This document shows positions 31,784-46,121 of a stretch of DNA of 64,000 nt, in pieces. Origin of the DNA: Eledone cirrhosa (Eukaryota). The stretch's first letter is position 1; every line of letters starts with the position of its first letter. A program made the translations under genes and the position numbers. Location: the NCBI GenBank assembly GCA_964016885.1, contig OZ024762.1:13516001-13580000 (forward strand), written 5' to 3'. The notes under the pieces are model-generated. The model was not told the origin of the DNA, did no database searches, and worked only from the letters and a program-made list of their open reading frames with translations.

Positions 31784-31814
<31 letters not shown>

Positions 31815-32352
31815 TCTTCCTTTCTCTGTTCCCTCCTCTACTATCTCTTCCCTCTCCCCCCACCATCTCTCCCCTCTCTCCCCCAACATTATAAATAGCT
31901 ACAGAAAGCCTCCAACAACGTGAAAATCGAAACTGATGACATGACATTCTCAATATCCTTACCATTCCTCCACATTCCTTCACATTCTCGTTCTCGTTCT
32001 CGTTCTCCTTCTTCATATACATTCTCATATTCGCTTAATCTGATATTCGCATTTAGCTGGCGTATTTAGCTGAGCGTTCTATTAGATGCTTCATTGAATA
32101 ATAGGAACAGGAGCAAGATTAAAGAACAGCTTGTGACATCTTCTCACACACACTTCGTTGAACATATTAAGTATTTAGGCTTGGCCATCTTCCTCCCTAT
32201 TATAAATTCTGATTGGCTTACAAAGGCGAGTTTCGTGGCTGTGTGAAGGTGTAAGGAAGAGGAAGTAGGGAAGGGGAGATAAGCTGAATTGGATCCGACT
32301 TAATTACTGAAAAATTAATGAATGCACGAAACACTTTCGAACACACGGATAC

Positions 32353-32404
<52 letters not shown>

Positions 32405-32741
32405 CAATGTATGTATCTATGTATATGTCTCTCTCTCTCGCTCTCCCTCTCTCTCTCTATATATATACATAGACATATGTGTATACACGTAGACATAGCC
32501 GTATATAGAGACATTGATATATTCGTATACATAGACATATGCATAGAGCTATATACATTAACATATACACACACACATATATATATATATATGTAAATTC
32601 CAACACACATACATACCCAAGCATATATATATATATGCATGCATATACATTAATATGTACGTAAATTCAGTTGCAGATACACATATGTTTATATGTGTGT
32701 GTGTGTATATATGAATATATATGTATGTATACATGGGCACA

Positions 32742-32801
<60 letters not shown>

Positions 32802-33309
32802 TGAATATAGGTATGCAGAGATATATGTCCACATGGGAGTTTATATACACACATGTATGTATGTATTACGTATGTATTAAGGCCTATATACACTCAAAGG
32901 TATATGTAGAAGGCAAGCTACGAATTTGGAGAGTGGTTAGCACATCGGCTTTAAAATGTCGCAGCCTGACTTCAAATTCCTCCGAGGCCAACTTTATCTT
33001 TCATCTGCTGAGGTCGAGAAATAAAGTCCCAGACCAGTTCTTCATCTATATCTTTTAATTACATTCTCTCCCTAGCACTCCTTTTTTTATTTTTTGCTCT
33101 GGATGAAATCGACCGTTCTGGTCTAGATAAGGAATGGATCTACCAGGTTTAAACTGTGTCACCGGAGGGCATCCCTATGACACTATTAGGAGTTAAGCAC
33201 CTTTTATATTCATTCTGTTGCTAGCAACGTCGCCTCTGTTTCCAAACGAATGAGAAGACAAGTTTGATGTTTTGAGTAAAACTATTTTAAATTCAAAGCT
33301 ATTTCGTGG

Positions 33310-33652
33310 CAGCGTTTTCAAAGCAACTCTGCGGGAATATTACAAAACTGGTGACAGGGAATATTTTAAAGCAACTACACAGCAATATTTCAAAGCTACG
33401 ATGCAGTAACGTTTCAAAGTTGGTGACAGGACACATTTCAAGGCAGCCCCAGAGCAATGTTTCAAAGCAACCTCAGAGCAACATTTCAAAGCAACTACAC
33501 AGCAACATTTCAAAGCAACTACACAGGAATATTTCAAAGCAACTGTGCAGTAACAGGTCAAAGCAACTACATAGCAACATTTCAAAGCAACTGTGCAGTA
33601 ATATCTTAAAGGAACCTCACAGCAACGTTTCAAAGCAACTCTGCAGTAACGT
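33310..33652. repeat. 24-bp minisatellite x~14
   Basis: Unit 'atttcaaagcaactacacagcaac'. Confidence 0.9.
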
Positions 33653-33939
33653 CGATTTGCGAGGCAGCCCTGCAGCACTGCACAGATGTGCACCAACAAA
33701 ACCTCGCACGTTGGTTGCACATATACAGGGCCAGGTCACCTATCTAAATATAATATATTCTCAAGTCCACATCACTTTACACCAGTCCAGGGGGGGGTGG
33801 GCAGAGTGGAAGTGTGAGGGTTCTGGAAAGCCATGGGCGCTGCTCCTCCATCTCTGACGAGAGCTACAATTGGTATTATGTCAATTGACTAAATACATAT
33901 ATATTACAAGATAGATAGGAAGAGAGAGAGAGTGGGAGA

Positions 33940-34212
33940 GCGAACATAATGACAGATAGGGGGAGAGAGAGGGGACATAATGACAGATAGGGAGAGGACA
34001 TCATGAGAGAGATAGAGGATATAATGACAGAGAGAGAGAGAGAGAGGACATCATGACAGAGAGAGAGAAGATATGACAGAGAGAGAGAGGACATCATGAC
34101 AGAGAGAGAGAAGATATGACAGAGAGAGAGAGGACATCATGACAGAGATATGGAGAGAGAGAGAGAGAGAGAGGACATCATGACTGAGATAGGGAGAGAG
34201 AGAGGACATCAT

Positions 34213-34246
<34 letters not shown>

Positions 34247-34312
34247 ATCATGACAGAGATAGGGAGAGAGAGAGAGAGAGAGAGGACATCATGACAGAGA
34301 TAGGGAGAGAGA
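33940..34312. repeat. minisatellite 'gaggacatcatgaca(ga)n'
   Basis: About 10 variable-length units. Confidence 0.9.
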
Positions 34313-34571
34313 CAGTGGAAGGAGTCATGGTAGGATTGGGTGTGAAAACGAATTTCTCATTAGTGAAATGTTGGAGGGTTGCCTTGATTGATAATAAAGC
34401 GTAATTAGTTTACGTTGAATAATCCTCTCTCTCTCCCACTCCCTCTATCTCTCTTTCTCACTCACACTCTCTCTCTATCTCTCTCTCTCTATGTGTGTGT
34501 ACGTGTGTGTAATAGCATTATACATCAATCTATGTATATATATATATATATATACATAGATATACATACAC

Positions 34572-34607
<36 letters not shown>

Positions 34608-34724
34608 ATATATGTATGTATGTGTGTGTGTATATATGTATGTGTGTGTGTGTGTATATATGTATGTGTGTGTGTGTATATATGTATGTGTGTATATATG
34701 TATATGTATGTGTGTGTATATATA

Positions 34725-34767
<43 letters not shown>

Positions 34768-34864
34768 GTGTGTATATATATATATGTGTGTGTATATATA
34801 TATATATGTATATATGTGTGTGTATATATATGTATGTATGTATATATATATATGTGTGTGTATG

Positions 34865-34895
<31 letters not shown>

Positions 34896-34995
34896 ATATA
34901 TATGTATATATATATATATATGTGTGTATATATATATATGTATATATATATATGTGTGTGTGAGTATATATATATATGTATGTGTGTGTGTATGT

Positions 34996-35061
<66 letters not shown>

Positions 35062-35228
35062 ATATGTGTGTGTATATATATATATGTGTGTGTGTATATA
35101 TATATGTGTGTGTGTATATATGTATATATATATGTATATATATATATATATATATGTGTTTGTGTATATATGTATATGTATATATATATATATGTGTGTG
35201 TATATATATATGTGTGTGTGTATGTATG

Positions 35229-35282
<54 letters not shown>

Positions 35283-35348
35283 TGTGTGTGTGTATATATA
35301 TATGTGTGTGTGTGTATATATATATGTGTGTGTGTATATATGTATATA

Positions 35349-35382
<34 letters not shown>

Positions 35383-35414
35383 TTTGTGTATATATGTATA
35401 TGTATATATATATA

Positions 35415-35460
<46 letters not shown>

Positions 35461-35528
35461 ATATATATATATATATTTATATAGAGGGAGATATAATGTT
35501 TGTATATTTATGTATGTATGTATATATA

Positions 35529-35570
<42 letters not shown>

Positions 35571-35627
35571 ATATATTAAATAGAATGGACATTACAATTA
35601 TCTCTATTTTCCTTCTCATAACGTCTG

Positions 35628-35659
<32 letters not shown>

Positions 35660-35869
35660 AAATGGTTCTATCTCCCTTTCACCTTTTCCGCCTCTTTCTC
35701 ATGACCATCCTCTGCCACCACCACGCCACCTGGTGGTTATTTAACGTTTCGCTGAGTTCTGGCACTGTAACAGCAGATCTATTCAAGATTACCTGTAAAT
35801 GCCGCCATCTTGCTAGCATCTTTGGCTTGCACTCACCTCATCTTCGTACCTCCGCCACCTTGGGGAAAT

Positions 35870-36795
35870 AATAACAGCAGCAACAGCAACATTAACAACA
35901 ACAACGATAACAATAACCACAGCAGCATCAATAACAACAACAACAACAGCAACAATAACAATAACAATAGCCACAACAATAGGAGCTACAAAAACAGCAG
36001 CAGCATCGCCAACAATACAAAGAACAGCAATACCAACAACAACAACAGTAACAACAGCAACAACAACAATAGCAACTACAACAGTTACAATAACAACAGC
36101 AGCAACAGTAACAACAACACCAGCAACAGCAGCACCACCACCAACAACAATAACAACAGTGACAACAGCAACAATAGAGTCAACAGCAACAATAACATCA
36201 TCACCAGCAGCAACAAGAGACACAACAACAACAACAACAACAACAACAGCAGCAGCAACAGCAACAAAAACAGCAGCACTAACAACAACAGCAGCAACAA
36301 TATCGACAACAGTAACAACGACAATACCATCAACAGCAACAACAACAACAGCAATAGCCAATATATTAGCCACAACAGCAACAATAGCAGCAACAGCACC
36401 AATAGCAGCAACAGCAATATCAACAGCAGTAATAGCAGCGCGCTTCAGCAACAATAGTAACAACAGCAACATCTTCAGAGACCCTCACCTCCTCATCAAC
36501 CACACCATCACAACCATCGCTATTACAACCACCACCACCACCACCACCACTACAGCTACTACAACTGCTACTACCATCAACACCTCCATCAACCTACCAC
36601 CAACGCCATCACTACTACTACTACTACTACCATCAACAACCCCATTACCCATCATCTCCCTACCACCACCATCACCAAAAATACTACTGCTACTACTACT
36701 ACTAACACTACTACTAGTAACACTACCACCACCATCAACACCCTCTCATAAGCCAACATCAGACCCAACCACGACCACCACCACCAACAGCAACA
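35870..36795. repeat. degenerate (CAA/CAG/CTA/CCA)n
   Basis: Direct reading of the sequence. Confidence 0.95.
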
Positions 36796-36929
36796 CTGAA
36801 ATGGGGTTACCCCGAAAGATTTGAGGGCGTTGGGTACCTCTACTGTGAGGACTGAAATCTGGTTCCACTGTTGTACTCAGAGACCCACAGTCACAGGATT
36901 CAATAATATCCTGGCTTGCAGTATAGGGG

Positions 36930-36966
<37 letters not shown>

Positions 36967-36967
36967 A

Positions 36968-37068
36968 GGAACGATCGACTTTCGTCAAATCGGACCGAGG
37001 GAACAATGTTTCCGTTGGTCTTTCCAATTGCTAATACTATCTATCGGTCGCAACTCCAGGTAGAAGGA

Positions 37069-37070
<2 letters not shown>
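36968..37070 (-). mobile_element. CORE-type SINE 3' tail
   Basis: Matches 39345-39438. Confidence 0.75.
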
Positions 37071-37115
<45 letters not shown>

Positions 37116-37300
37116 CAATAGGAAATTGTACATTGCTCAACACACTTGGTGCCTGACAGTGAGTGACGTATCCAGCAAGCTTGTCTAAAACAACATATGT
37201 GTTTGAATGTTTGAGGCTCCACAAGTTTGTCCCAATAATGTCATTGCCTCCAATGAAGAAATAACGTCGGATAGTGTTCCGACAGGCCATAAATATATAT

Positions 37301-37604
37301 CAGTGGCGAAGGGTAACTAACCTGGAAAGCAGGGCATGCAGTCCAATTGCCATAGCGGAAAGTGGGGCTGTGCAGCCTTACCCCCCGCCCCCCGCCCCGC
37401 CCTCCAATTCCCTCTGAATCACCCTCCCGGTCAAAGCCGCATGTAGTGTTATCTTGTGTGTGTGGTGTGTGCGTGTTATCTTTTTTTGTGTCAATACGTT
37501 TTAGTAAGCAGCCACAATTCTGCTTGCTTCAACCGACGCCATTGTTCAACTCAAGATTCTATAACGCCTGCACTGCATGCGTTGCATGCACGGACCCTTC
37601 GCCC

Positions 37605-37607
<3 letters not shown>
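37301..37607. mobile_element. hAT-like MITE
   Basis: TIRs CAGTGGCGAAGGGT / ACCCTTCGCCCCTG (13 of 14 match); flanks atatatat on both sides, compatible with an 8-bp TSD. Confidence 0.75.
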
Positions 37608-37667
<60 letters not shown>

Positions 37668-37968
37668 ATATATCTCTCTATATATAAAGCTATATAAATT
37701 TGTGCGGGCGTATGTATAGGAGCTGTATGTAGCCGTATACACACACGCACGCACGCACGCACACGCACACGCACACGCACACGCACACACACACACACAT
37801 ATATTAATTTATAAATTCATATACATACATACATAAACATATGTAGGTATACACATACACACACACATTTATACCAATTGATAAATGCATGTATATACAT
37901 ATATATATATATATATATAGGTATACACACAAACATGTACATATATATATCTATATATACATGTATAC

Positions 37969-38006
<38 letters not shown>

Positions 38007-38276
38007 ATATATGGATGCATAAAGCCTGGAAGCTAAGCTGATATAATCGAAACAATATACGGTGAATGACAAAGCCATTTCCTTAAAAAATACATCTTTT
38101 TCAAGAAGCTGAAAAACTTGCCTAATGTAATTAGTGTTTCACTATAGTTTCCTTATAACAATTTTTACCTGCCATTAACCATACGTTGCACTGGTACTGA
38201 TGCGTGTACATGCATTCTCTCTCCTTATCACTGCAACGCTATTATATATATATGTATATATAATCTACATTTCCCT

Positions 38277-38369
<93 letters not shown>

Positions 38370-38453
38370 ATCTACATTTATCTCTTTAATCTCTCTCTCT
38401 CTATGTCTCTTTTTCCCTCCCTCACTGCCGCACTATCTATAGATAAATAGATG

Positions 38454-38530
<77 letters not shown>

Positions 38531-38583
38531 TAGTGCATGTTAATGTACAAATCTCAGTCGCTTTATCTATTTTTCTATGTAAT

Positions 38584-38632
<49 letters not shown>

Positions 38633-38905
38633 TATATATATATATATATATATAGTATATACACTTATTTGTTTAAATATGAGATATCTATATTCGTTTG
38701 TCCCTTATACAATGACTATATCTTCCCTATCTTCTCTCGTCCAGTGTGTCTTAGTGTGTGTGTGTTACTGTGTGTGTATTTGGTAATGCACAGGCATAGG
38801 GTATATACACGAACACACAGAGATACACACACACGCACGTATACACATATTTAGATGGAAAACACACATATACACACACAACGGAATTTGTTTCTCAGTT
38901 CCTGC

Positions 38906-38936
<31 letters not shown>

Positions 38937-38938
<2 letters not shown>

Positions 38939-39201
38939 ATTGTTTCTACTTTTGGCACAAGGCCAGCAAATATCCCAGTGCATTACTGGTACTTTATTTA
39001 TCGACCCCGTAAGGATGAAAGGCAAAGTTAACCTCGGCGGGATTTGAACTCAGATCATAAAGAGGGATATATATATAACATTATATATATATATATATAT
39101 ATATATATAACATTATATATATATATATATATATATCGATAAAATAAAGTACCAGTAATGTACTGGGTAAGTGCTGGCCTTGTGCCAAAAATAGAAACAA
39201 T

Positions 39202-39257
<56 letters not shown>

Positions 39258-39330
39258 GTTTCTATTTTAGGCACAAGGCCAGCACTTACCCAGTACATTA
39301 CTGGTACTTTATTTTATCGATCCCGTAAGA
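38937..39330. mobile_element. MetaSINE-like fragments: 38937-39066(-), 39135-39202(+), 39253-39330(-)
   Basis: All match the 3' half of the family consensus. Confidence 0.85.
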
Positions 39331-39339
39331 TATATCGAC

Positions 39340-39550
39340 AGTCGTTCGACTTTCGTCAAATCGGACCGAGGAAACAATGTTCCCATTAGTCTTTCCAATT
39401 GCTAATACTATCTATCGGTCGCAACTCCAGGTAGAAGGAGCAACGTGAAATAAAGTGTCTTGCTCAAGGACATAACGCATCGCCCGGTCCGGGAATCGAA
39501 CTCAACTTCACGAGTGCGAATCCAGTTCTCTAACCACTCAACTACGTGCC

Positions 39551-39553
<3 letters not shown>
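39340..39553 (-). mobile_element. CORE-type tRNA SINE, full length
   Basis: Reverse complement: 'gagtggttagag..gagttcgattccc..tgtccttgagcaagacacttt'. Confidence 0.88.
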
Positions 39554-39589
<36 letters not shown>

Positions 39590-39820
39590 TATTTATATGA
39601 CATACCCACACAATGATATACACAAACACACGCTCGTTCCAACACACATACTAATACACACACACAGACACACTAATATACACACATATACACACTGATT
39701 CATTCACACACACAGAATTAGTCTTTTATTTTTCTTACACACATTTGTCTGACTGTACATCTATCTCTCTGTACGCCTGCTTGTCTGTCTGTGTATCTAT
39801 AAATCTACATCTATATACTC

Positions 39821-40062
39821 GACTAGCTTCACCAGTTGCTGATAAAATGACTAGCTTCACCGGTTGCTTCTAACGCGCCTATCTTCACCGGTCGCTTCTA
39901 GTGTCTATCTTCACCGGTTGCTTCTAGTGTCTATCTTCACCGGTTGCTTCTAAAGTGTATAGCTCCAGCAGTTGCTGATAAAGTGTCTAGCTTCATCGGT
40001 TGCTTCTAATGTGTCTAGCTTCACCGATTGTTTCTAGCGTGTCTAGTTTCACCGGTTGCTGT
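39821..40062. repeat. ~25-28-bp minisatellite x~9
   Basis: Unit 'tgtctagcttcaccggttgcttctaa'. Confidence 0.9.
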
Positions 40063-40362
40063 TAACGTGGTGTCAATGTTAAGACATTTGTTCAAGATGT
40101 TGCGCTGTGAGATTGAAAAACAGAACAACGTGGTTGCAAATTCTTTAACCTCGCCCCCTTGTCTAAATCTATATATACACACAAACTCATGTTGATAGAT
40201 ATGTGTGTGCATACGTGTATAGATATATGTGTGTAGATGTATATAGTGTACAGATATGTTTGTGTAAATATGTGTAAATATGTGTATGTATTTGTGTATA
40301 TGTATTTAGATACATATATATATATATATATTTGTATGTGTCTCTAAATATATATATATATA

Positions 40363-40691
40363 TGGGATAACAAGTTATCTTTATAGGTAATCCAGTTAGA
40401 GGTTGTGAGTACTCTGCGTCGTGGATAGTTTTAACGTACGGCTTTGTTTGACTCAACAAGATGCTTCCATAGTTATGCAGCGAGTTCTCGGTAATTTCTA
40501 TGCAGGTTATACTTGGAGTAATAATAGTTAAAGAATGAAGAGTAAGATGGTTGGCTGTACAATAAGGGGCTTTATTTAAAGTACTGACAATTGTTTCGTT
40601 GATCAGGTGAGTCTAGAGTTCGGTAATCGCTTGAAGTTGCGTAACTCGATCTCCAATACATTATTTACCTCTGGTCAACACATCAGAATAC
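40363..40691 (-). mobile_element. Penelope-like element, family B, with HHR at 40581-40691
   Basis: Reverse complement gtatt-CTGATGT-gttgaccag...ctgatcaac-GAAAcaattgTC/agtac, then AATAAA and a ~200-nt tail nearly identical to 56345-56568. Confidence 0.75.
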
Positions 40692-40750
40692 GTAGATATA
40701 AAGGTAATTCACTCGAGGCAAGATATATATAGAAAAATAGCGTATAATCA

Positions 40751-40813
<63 letters not shown>

Positions 40814-40966
40814 ATCTCATATGTGCATAGGTATTTGTGTTTCTGCATGAGTGTATAGATGCGCATCTGTGTATCGATATGTATGTGTGTTTGTGGATTT
40901 ATGTATAGATATGCATTTGGGCATATATATATATATATATTTCGTTTCATGACCCTCCCAAAGTAT

Positions 40967-41028
<62 letters not shown>

Positions 41029-41441
41029 TTATAAACTTCTATAGACACACACACAATCCCCTAAATTAGAAGCGAATGCAAATCTAATCACTATCGGTCG
41101 AATAACTGAACCGTATTGAAGAATGATGACATACACACACACACACGTACACACACACACACACGTACACACACATACACACACTCATCTAATAAAAACA
41201 ACATTAAAAATAAAATAAAAACAAATAGACTGATAAAGGAAATGTATATTGAGAACAAACAAAAAAGAAAACCGTAAACGGAAAGAAAATATATATAGTT
41301 GGATGTATGTATGTGTATGTATATATTTATATACCTATGTATGTGTCTGTTTGTATATAGTTGAATTTATAGATATATATATATATACGGTTATTTACCT
41401 GTATATATATATATATATGCATGTTTATTTACCCCCCTCTC

Positions 41442-41479
<38 letters not shown>

Positions 41480-41542
41480 ATATATATTTATATAAATATA
41501 TATATATATATACACCCCACACATATATATATATATTTACAT

Positions 41543-41596
<54 letters not shown>

Positions 41597-41751
41597 CCTA
41601 CATATATATATAAATCTACATACACACATATATATATATATATATATATACACCCCACATATATATATAAATCTACATACACGTATATATATATATATAT
41701 ATATATACATAGATAGATAGATATAGATAGATAGATATATTTACATACACA

Positions 41752-41785
<34 letters not shown>

Positions 41786-42131
41786 CGGACAATTACACAC
41801 CTACACACACATGAACACACATGTACACACACACCTACACACTAAGTGTATATCCATCCAAAGTAAATAAAACGAAATATCCCACTAGGTTGAATCTATC
41901 TTTTGCAAAGTAAGAATGTTGTAGAAGAATGAAGCCTTTGTAGAAATGTCACCAGGAAGACAATAGAACGACATGAGATACCTATAGAAATCTTGGCATC
42001 GAAGCGTGATTCCATTTCTCCATTTATACTAGAATATCCAGGATCCAACATCTTTGGAAAAAACAAACAAACATATATATATATGTATATGTGTGTGTGT
42101 GTGTGTATATATATGTATATGTATGTGTATG

Positions 42132-42180
<49 letters not shown>

Positions 42181-42454
42181 ATGTATATATATATGTGTGT
42201 GTGTATGTATATATATATGTATTTGTATGTATATATATATGTATATGTATGTATATATGTATATGTATGTATATATGTATATGTATGTATATGTATGTAT
42301 GTATATATATATGTATGTATATATATGTATATGTATGTATGTATATGTATGTATGTATGTGTATTTATATATATAGGTATATAAAAATATATAAATATAT
42401 ATATATGTTTATATAAATATATGTACACATACATATATATATATGTATATATAT

Positions 42455-42496
<42 letters not shown>

Positions 42497-42628
42497 GTGA
42501 AGTAGAAACAAAAAAGTCAACGAATAAATATAAAATAAAAGTTATTCACCCCCCCCCCCCCTCCGCCACACAAAAAAGACAAAAACCCTTAACATCATGG
42601 TGGAAGTAGGGAGAATTCTATATGTATG

Positions 42629-42679
<51 letters not shown>

Positions 42680-42782
42680 ATGTATGTATAATATATATAT
42701 AAAATATATATATATAATATATATACACACACACATATATATATATATATGTGTGTGTGTGTGTATGTATGTATAATATATA

Positions 42783-42876
<94 letters not shown>

Positions 42877-43119
42877 GTGTGTGTATTTAGTGTGTCTGTG
42901 TGTGTCTGTTTGGATGGATGTGTATATTAACGAAGGTTAAATGGGAAAGAGATAGAAAGAGAGAGGGGAATTGGCAGATAGAGTGAGAGGGAGAGAGAGG
43001 AGAATGAACCGAGAGAGAGAGAGAGAGAGAGAAGAGGAAGATGTCTTAAAAAGAGAGGGGGGAAGAAGGGGTTATGGAACGAACAAATACAAAAGATGGA
43101 AAAAATACTAACTAGAAAG

Positions 43120-43582
43120 AAGACGACAATAACAATAACAACAACAGTAACTACAACAACAACAACAAGAGTAACTACAATAATAGCAACAACAATAATC
43201 ACAGAAGTAATATCAACAAAATCAAACATAACAAACTCAACAACAACAACCACAACAATTGTAAAAACAACAACAGCAACAACAATAGCAACCACAACAA
43301 AGATAGTAGCCAGAACAACAACATTAGCAACAACAACAACAAGCATCTTGGAAACAACAACAAAAACAGCAGCCACAACAATAGTAACCAGTACAACAAC
43401 AACAACAGCCTTGTCTACAATAACAACAACAACAACACTAACTACAACAACAATGACAATAGCCAGAACAACAAAGACAATAATAGAAGCTGCAACAACT
43501 ACAACAACAACAACAACAACAACAATAATAATACTAATAATAATAATAACTACAACAATAAGCCGCAGCAACACAATCAAAG

Positions 43583-43585
<3 letters not shown>
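43120..43585. repeat. degenerate (ACA)n
   Basis: Direct reading of the sequence. Confidence 0.93.
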
Positions 43586-43623
<38 letters not shown>

Positions 43624-43966
43624 GTATGTATAAACAATCAAAGCAATATATATATATAATGTATGTATAAAGGAAGAAATTTAGGGCAACAAACGAAAGA
43701 CTGAAGTAAAACAGACGTTTAAAGAACAGATCAAGGCATATGTTATTATTGATTATTGAATATATATATATATAAATATATATATATGTGTGTATGTATG
43801 TATATTCATCTGCGCAAGTTGGTCCTCAGGGCTAACGAAACGTATGTACCTGGTATGGCACCGTTGTAGTAACGGGCCTTCAGAACTATATTCAAACTCG
43901 CCCTACGGGCTTGAGTTGTACCATACCTTGTATGTTTTTACCGACCTACCTACTACCACCACTACT

Positions 43967-44013
<47 letters not shown>

Positions 44014-44178
44014 ATATATATGTGTGTAAGTATCTGTGTATGTGTGTTTGTGTGCGCTCCTTTTCTTTGAACAGAATCAAGTGCACATTCCCTTAAGAAT
44101 GATTACTTTCTCCACAACGAGGTTGACTTGTAGATATTGATAAATCCTTTTGTACTTTCCTTTTATTACAATAATTAT

Positions 44179-44560
44179 TGGTAGAATCGGTAGAGCGCCG
44201 GACAACATGCTTTGAGGCCTTTTAGTTACATTCCTTGACCTTCTGACTTCAAATCTGATCGAGATTAGCATTGCCTTTCATCCGTCCCGGGGTCGAAAAA
44301 ATAAAGTACCTGTCGCACACTGGAGTCGATTTAATCGACTTTCCCCCTCAACCCCCAAATTGTTGGCTGAATGGTTAGAGAATTGGATTCGCAATCGTGA
44401 GATTGTGAGTTCGATTCCTGGACCGGGTAATGCGTTATGTCCTTGAGCAAGACACTTTATTACACGTTGCTCCTTCTACCTGGAGTTACGACCGATAGAT
44501 AGTAGTAGAAATTGAAAAGACCAATGGAAATATTATTTCTTCAGTCCGATTTGCCGAAAG

Positions 44561-44564
<4 letters not shown>
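44179..44564 (+). mobile_element. MetaSINE-like SINE (44179-44361) directly followed by a CORE-type SINE (44365-44564)
   Basis: Matches both family consensuses. Confidence 0.85.
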
Positions 44565-44599
<35 letters not shown>

Positions 44600-44601
<2 letters not shown>

Positions 44602-44690
44602 CGAAGGAAATGTGGTAAGGAACCAGGTGGAGTCCAGAATTAGCCGTCGAAACGGCTTGAGCTCAGCCGTCGGGGTCTTACTTGTTCCTA
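44600..44690. mobile_element. family C element with inversion
   Basis: Tail on - strand (44600-44631) joined to HHR 3' half on + strand 'agccgtcGAAAcggcttgagctcagccgTCggggtc'. Confidence 0.72.
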
Positions 44691-46121
44691 TATATATATA
44701 TATAATGAAAAACTAGAAATTAGAAGTTAGGATTATCCATCATCAGTTGTCTGTTAGACATCATAGGTATTTCTTCGCGTTAGAGACAAGATACCTCATC
44801 CTAGGGCGATTCAATAACTAAAATAAGTTATTGGGATATATATATACACACACACACATACACACACACACACACACAACCATACACACATAGAAAGTAC
44901 TAAACTAAACCAGAAACAGTGGTCGTATTGATCCACTAAGACGCAAAACGCTCGGAGTGATTGCTCCAGTATTGCCGGGATGCCAAAACAACTGCAAAAA
45001 CGAAAAAAAAAACAAAAAACAGTTCGGTTAGAGATTAAAAGAATAAAAGAACGAGAGAATAGGAATAGCAAAATAGGAATCAATGTCCATTAGAATTGTG
45101 AATGAGATCAGAGGAATGAAGGAGATAATTCAACGGTGAAGACAAACGTTTTTATTCTCAACAGATATCCATTTTGTTGCTATGTGAAAATTTACGTTTG
45201 ATAACTTTGATCTAGCGGGGTTTTTTATCTTTATTTTTGAGAGGTTGGGGTGGGTTGGCGGTGTATTATTTCTGTCATTCGTTCGTTTTTTGTTTTTTTT
45301 TTCTCTCTCTCTCTTTCTTTCGTTGTATATTTCGTTCTTTCTTTCGTTTTCTTTTTCTTTCTTGATTTATTTGTTTGTTTCTTTATTTTTTTTTCTACTT
45401 TTCCTTCAATTATTATTATTTTTTTATTGTCTTGTTTTCTTTTTTCTTGTTTCCTTTTCTTTTCTTACTAAATTCCTTAAACTTTGTCTCTGCTCATGAA
45501 AATATACACACACACACACATACACACACATACACACACACACATACACACATATATATATATACATATATACATAGACATACATACACGTATATACACA
45601 CATTTACATACATACATAAATATACACACATACATAGACATACATACACATATATACACATATACATACATATACGTACATACACATATACACACATACA
45701 TATACGTACATACACATATACACACATACATATACATACATATACATACATACACATATATACATATACATACATATACATACATATACATACATACAAG
45801 CAGACAGAAATATTCATACACCTACTTATACTTGTATGTATGTCTTTATGTAGTCGTGGGTGTGTGGGTGTAATTGTATATATATATAGATATGTGTGTG
45901 TGTATATGTGAGTGTATATATATATATGTGTGTATGTGTGAGATAGAGAGAGAATAAGAGACTAATGCTGCATTTAACGTGTGTGTATGAGAGAGAGGTA
46001 GAGAGAGATGTGCTGCATTTAACATAAGATATGTATTATATGCAACACGGAATATTGTAAATGTCAAATACGTTCGAATTTATATTATAGCTAGTGAAAA
46101 AATATGTTATATATATATATA

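Noticed and set aside
43810-43945. Hairpin 'aactcgccctacgggcttgagtt' with short inverted ends
   Set aside because: Probably a small DNA-transposon relic; no CUGANGA core and not classifiable from one copy
44365-44430. tRNA genes at SINE heads
   Set aside because: A/B boxes only; each continues into a SINE body with no proper cloverleaf
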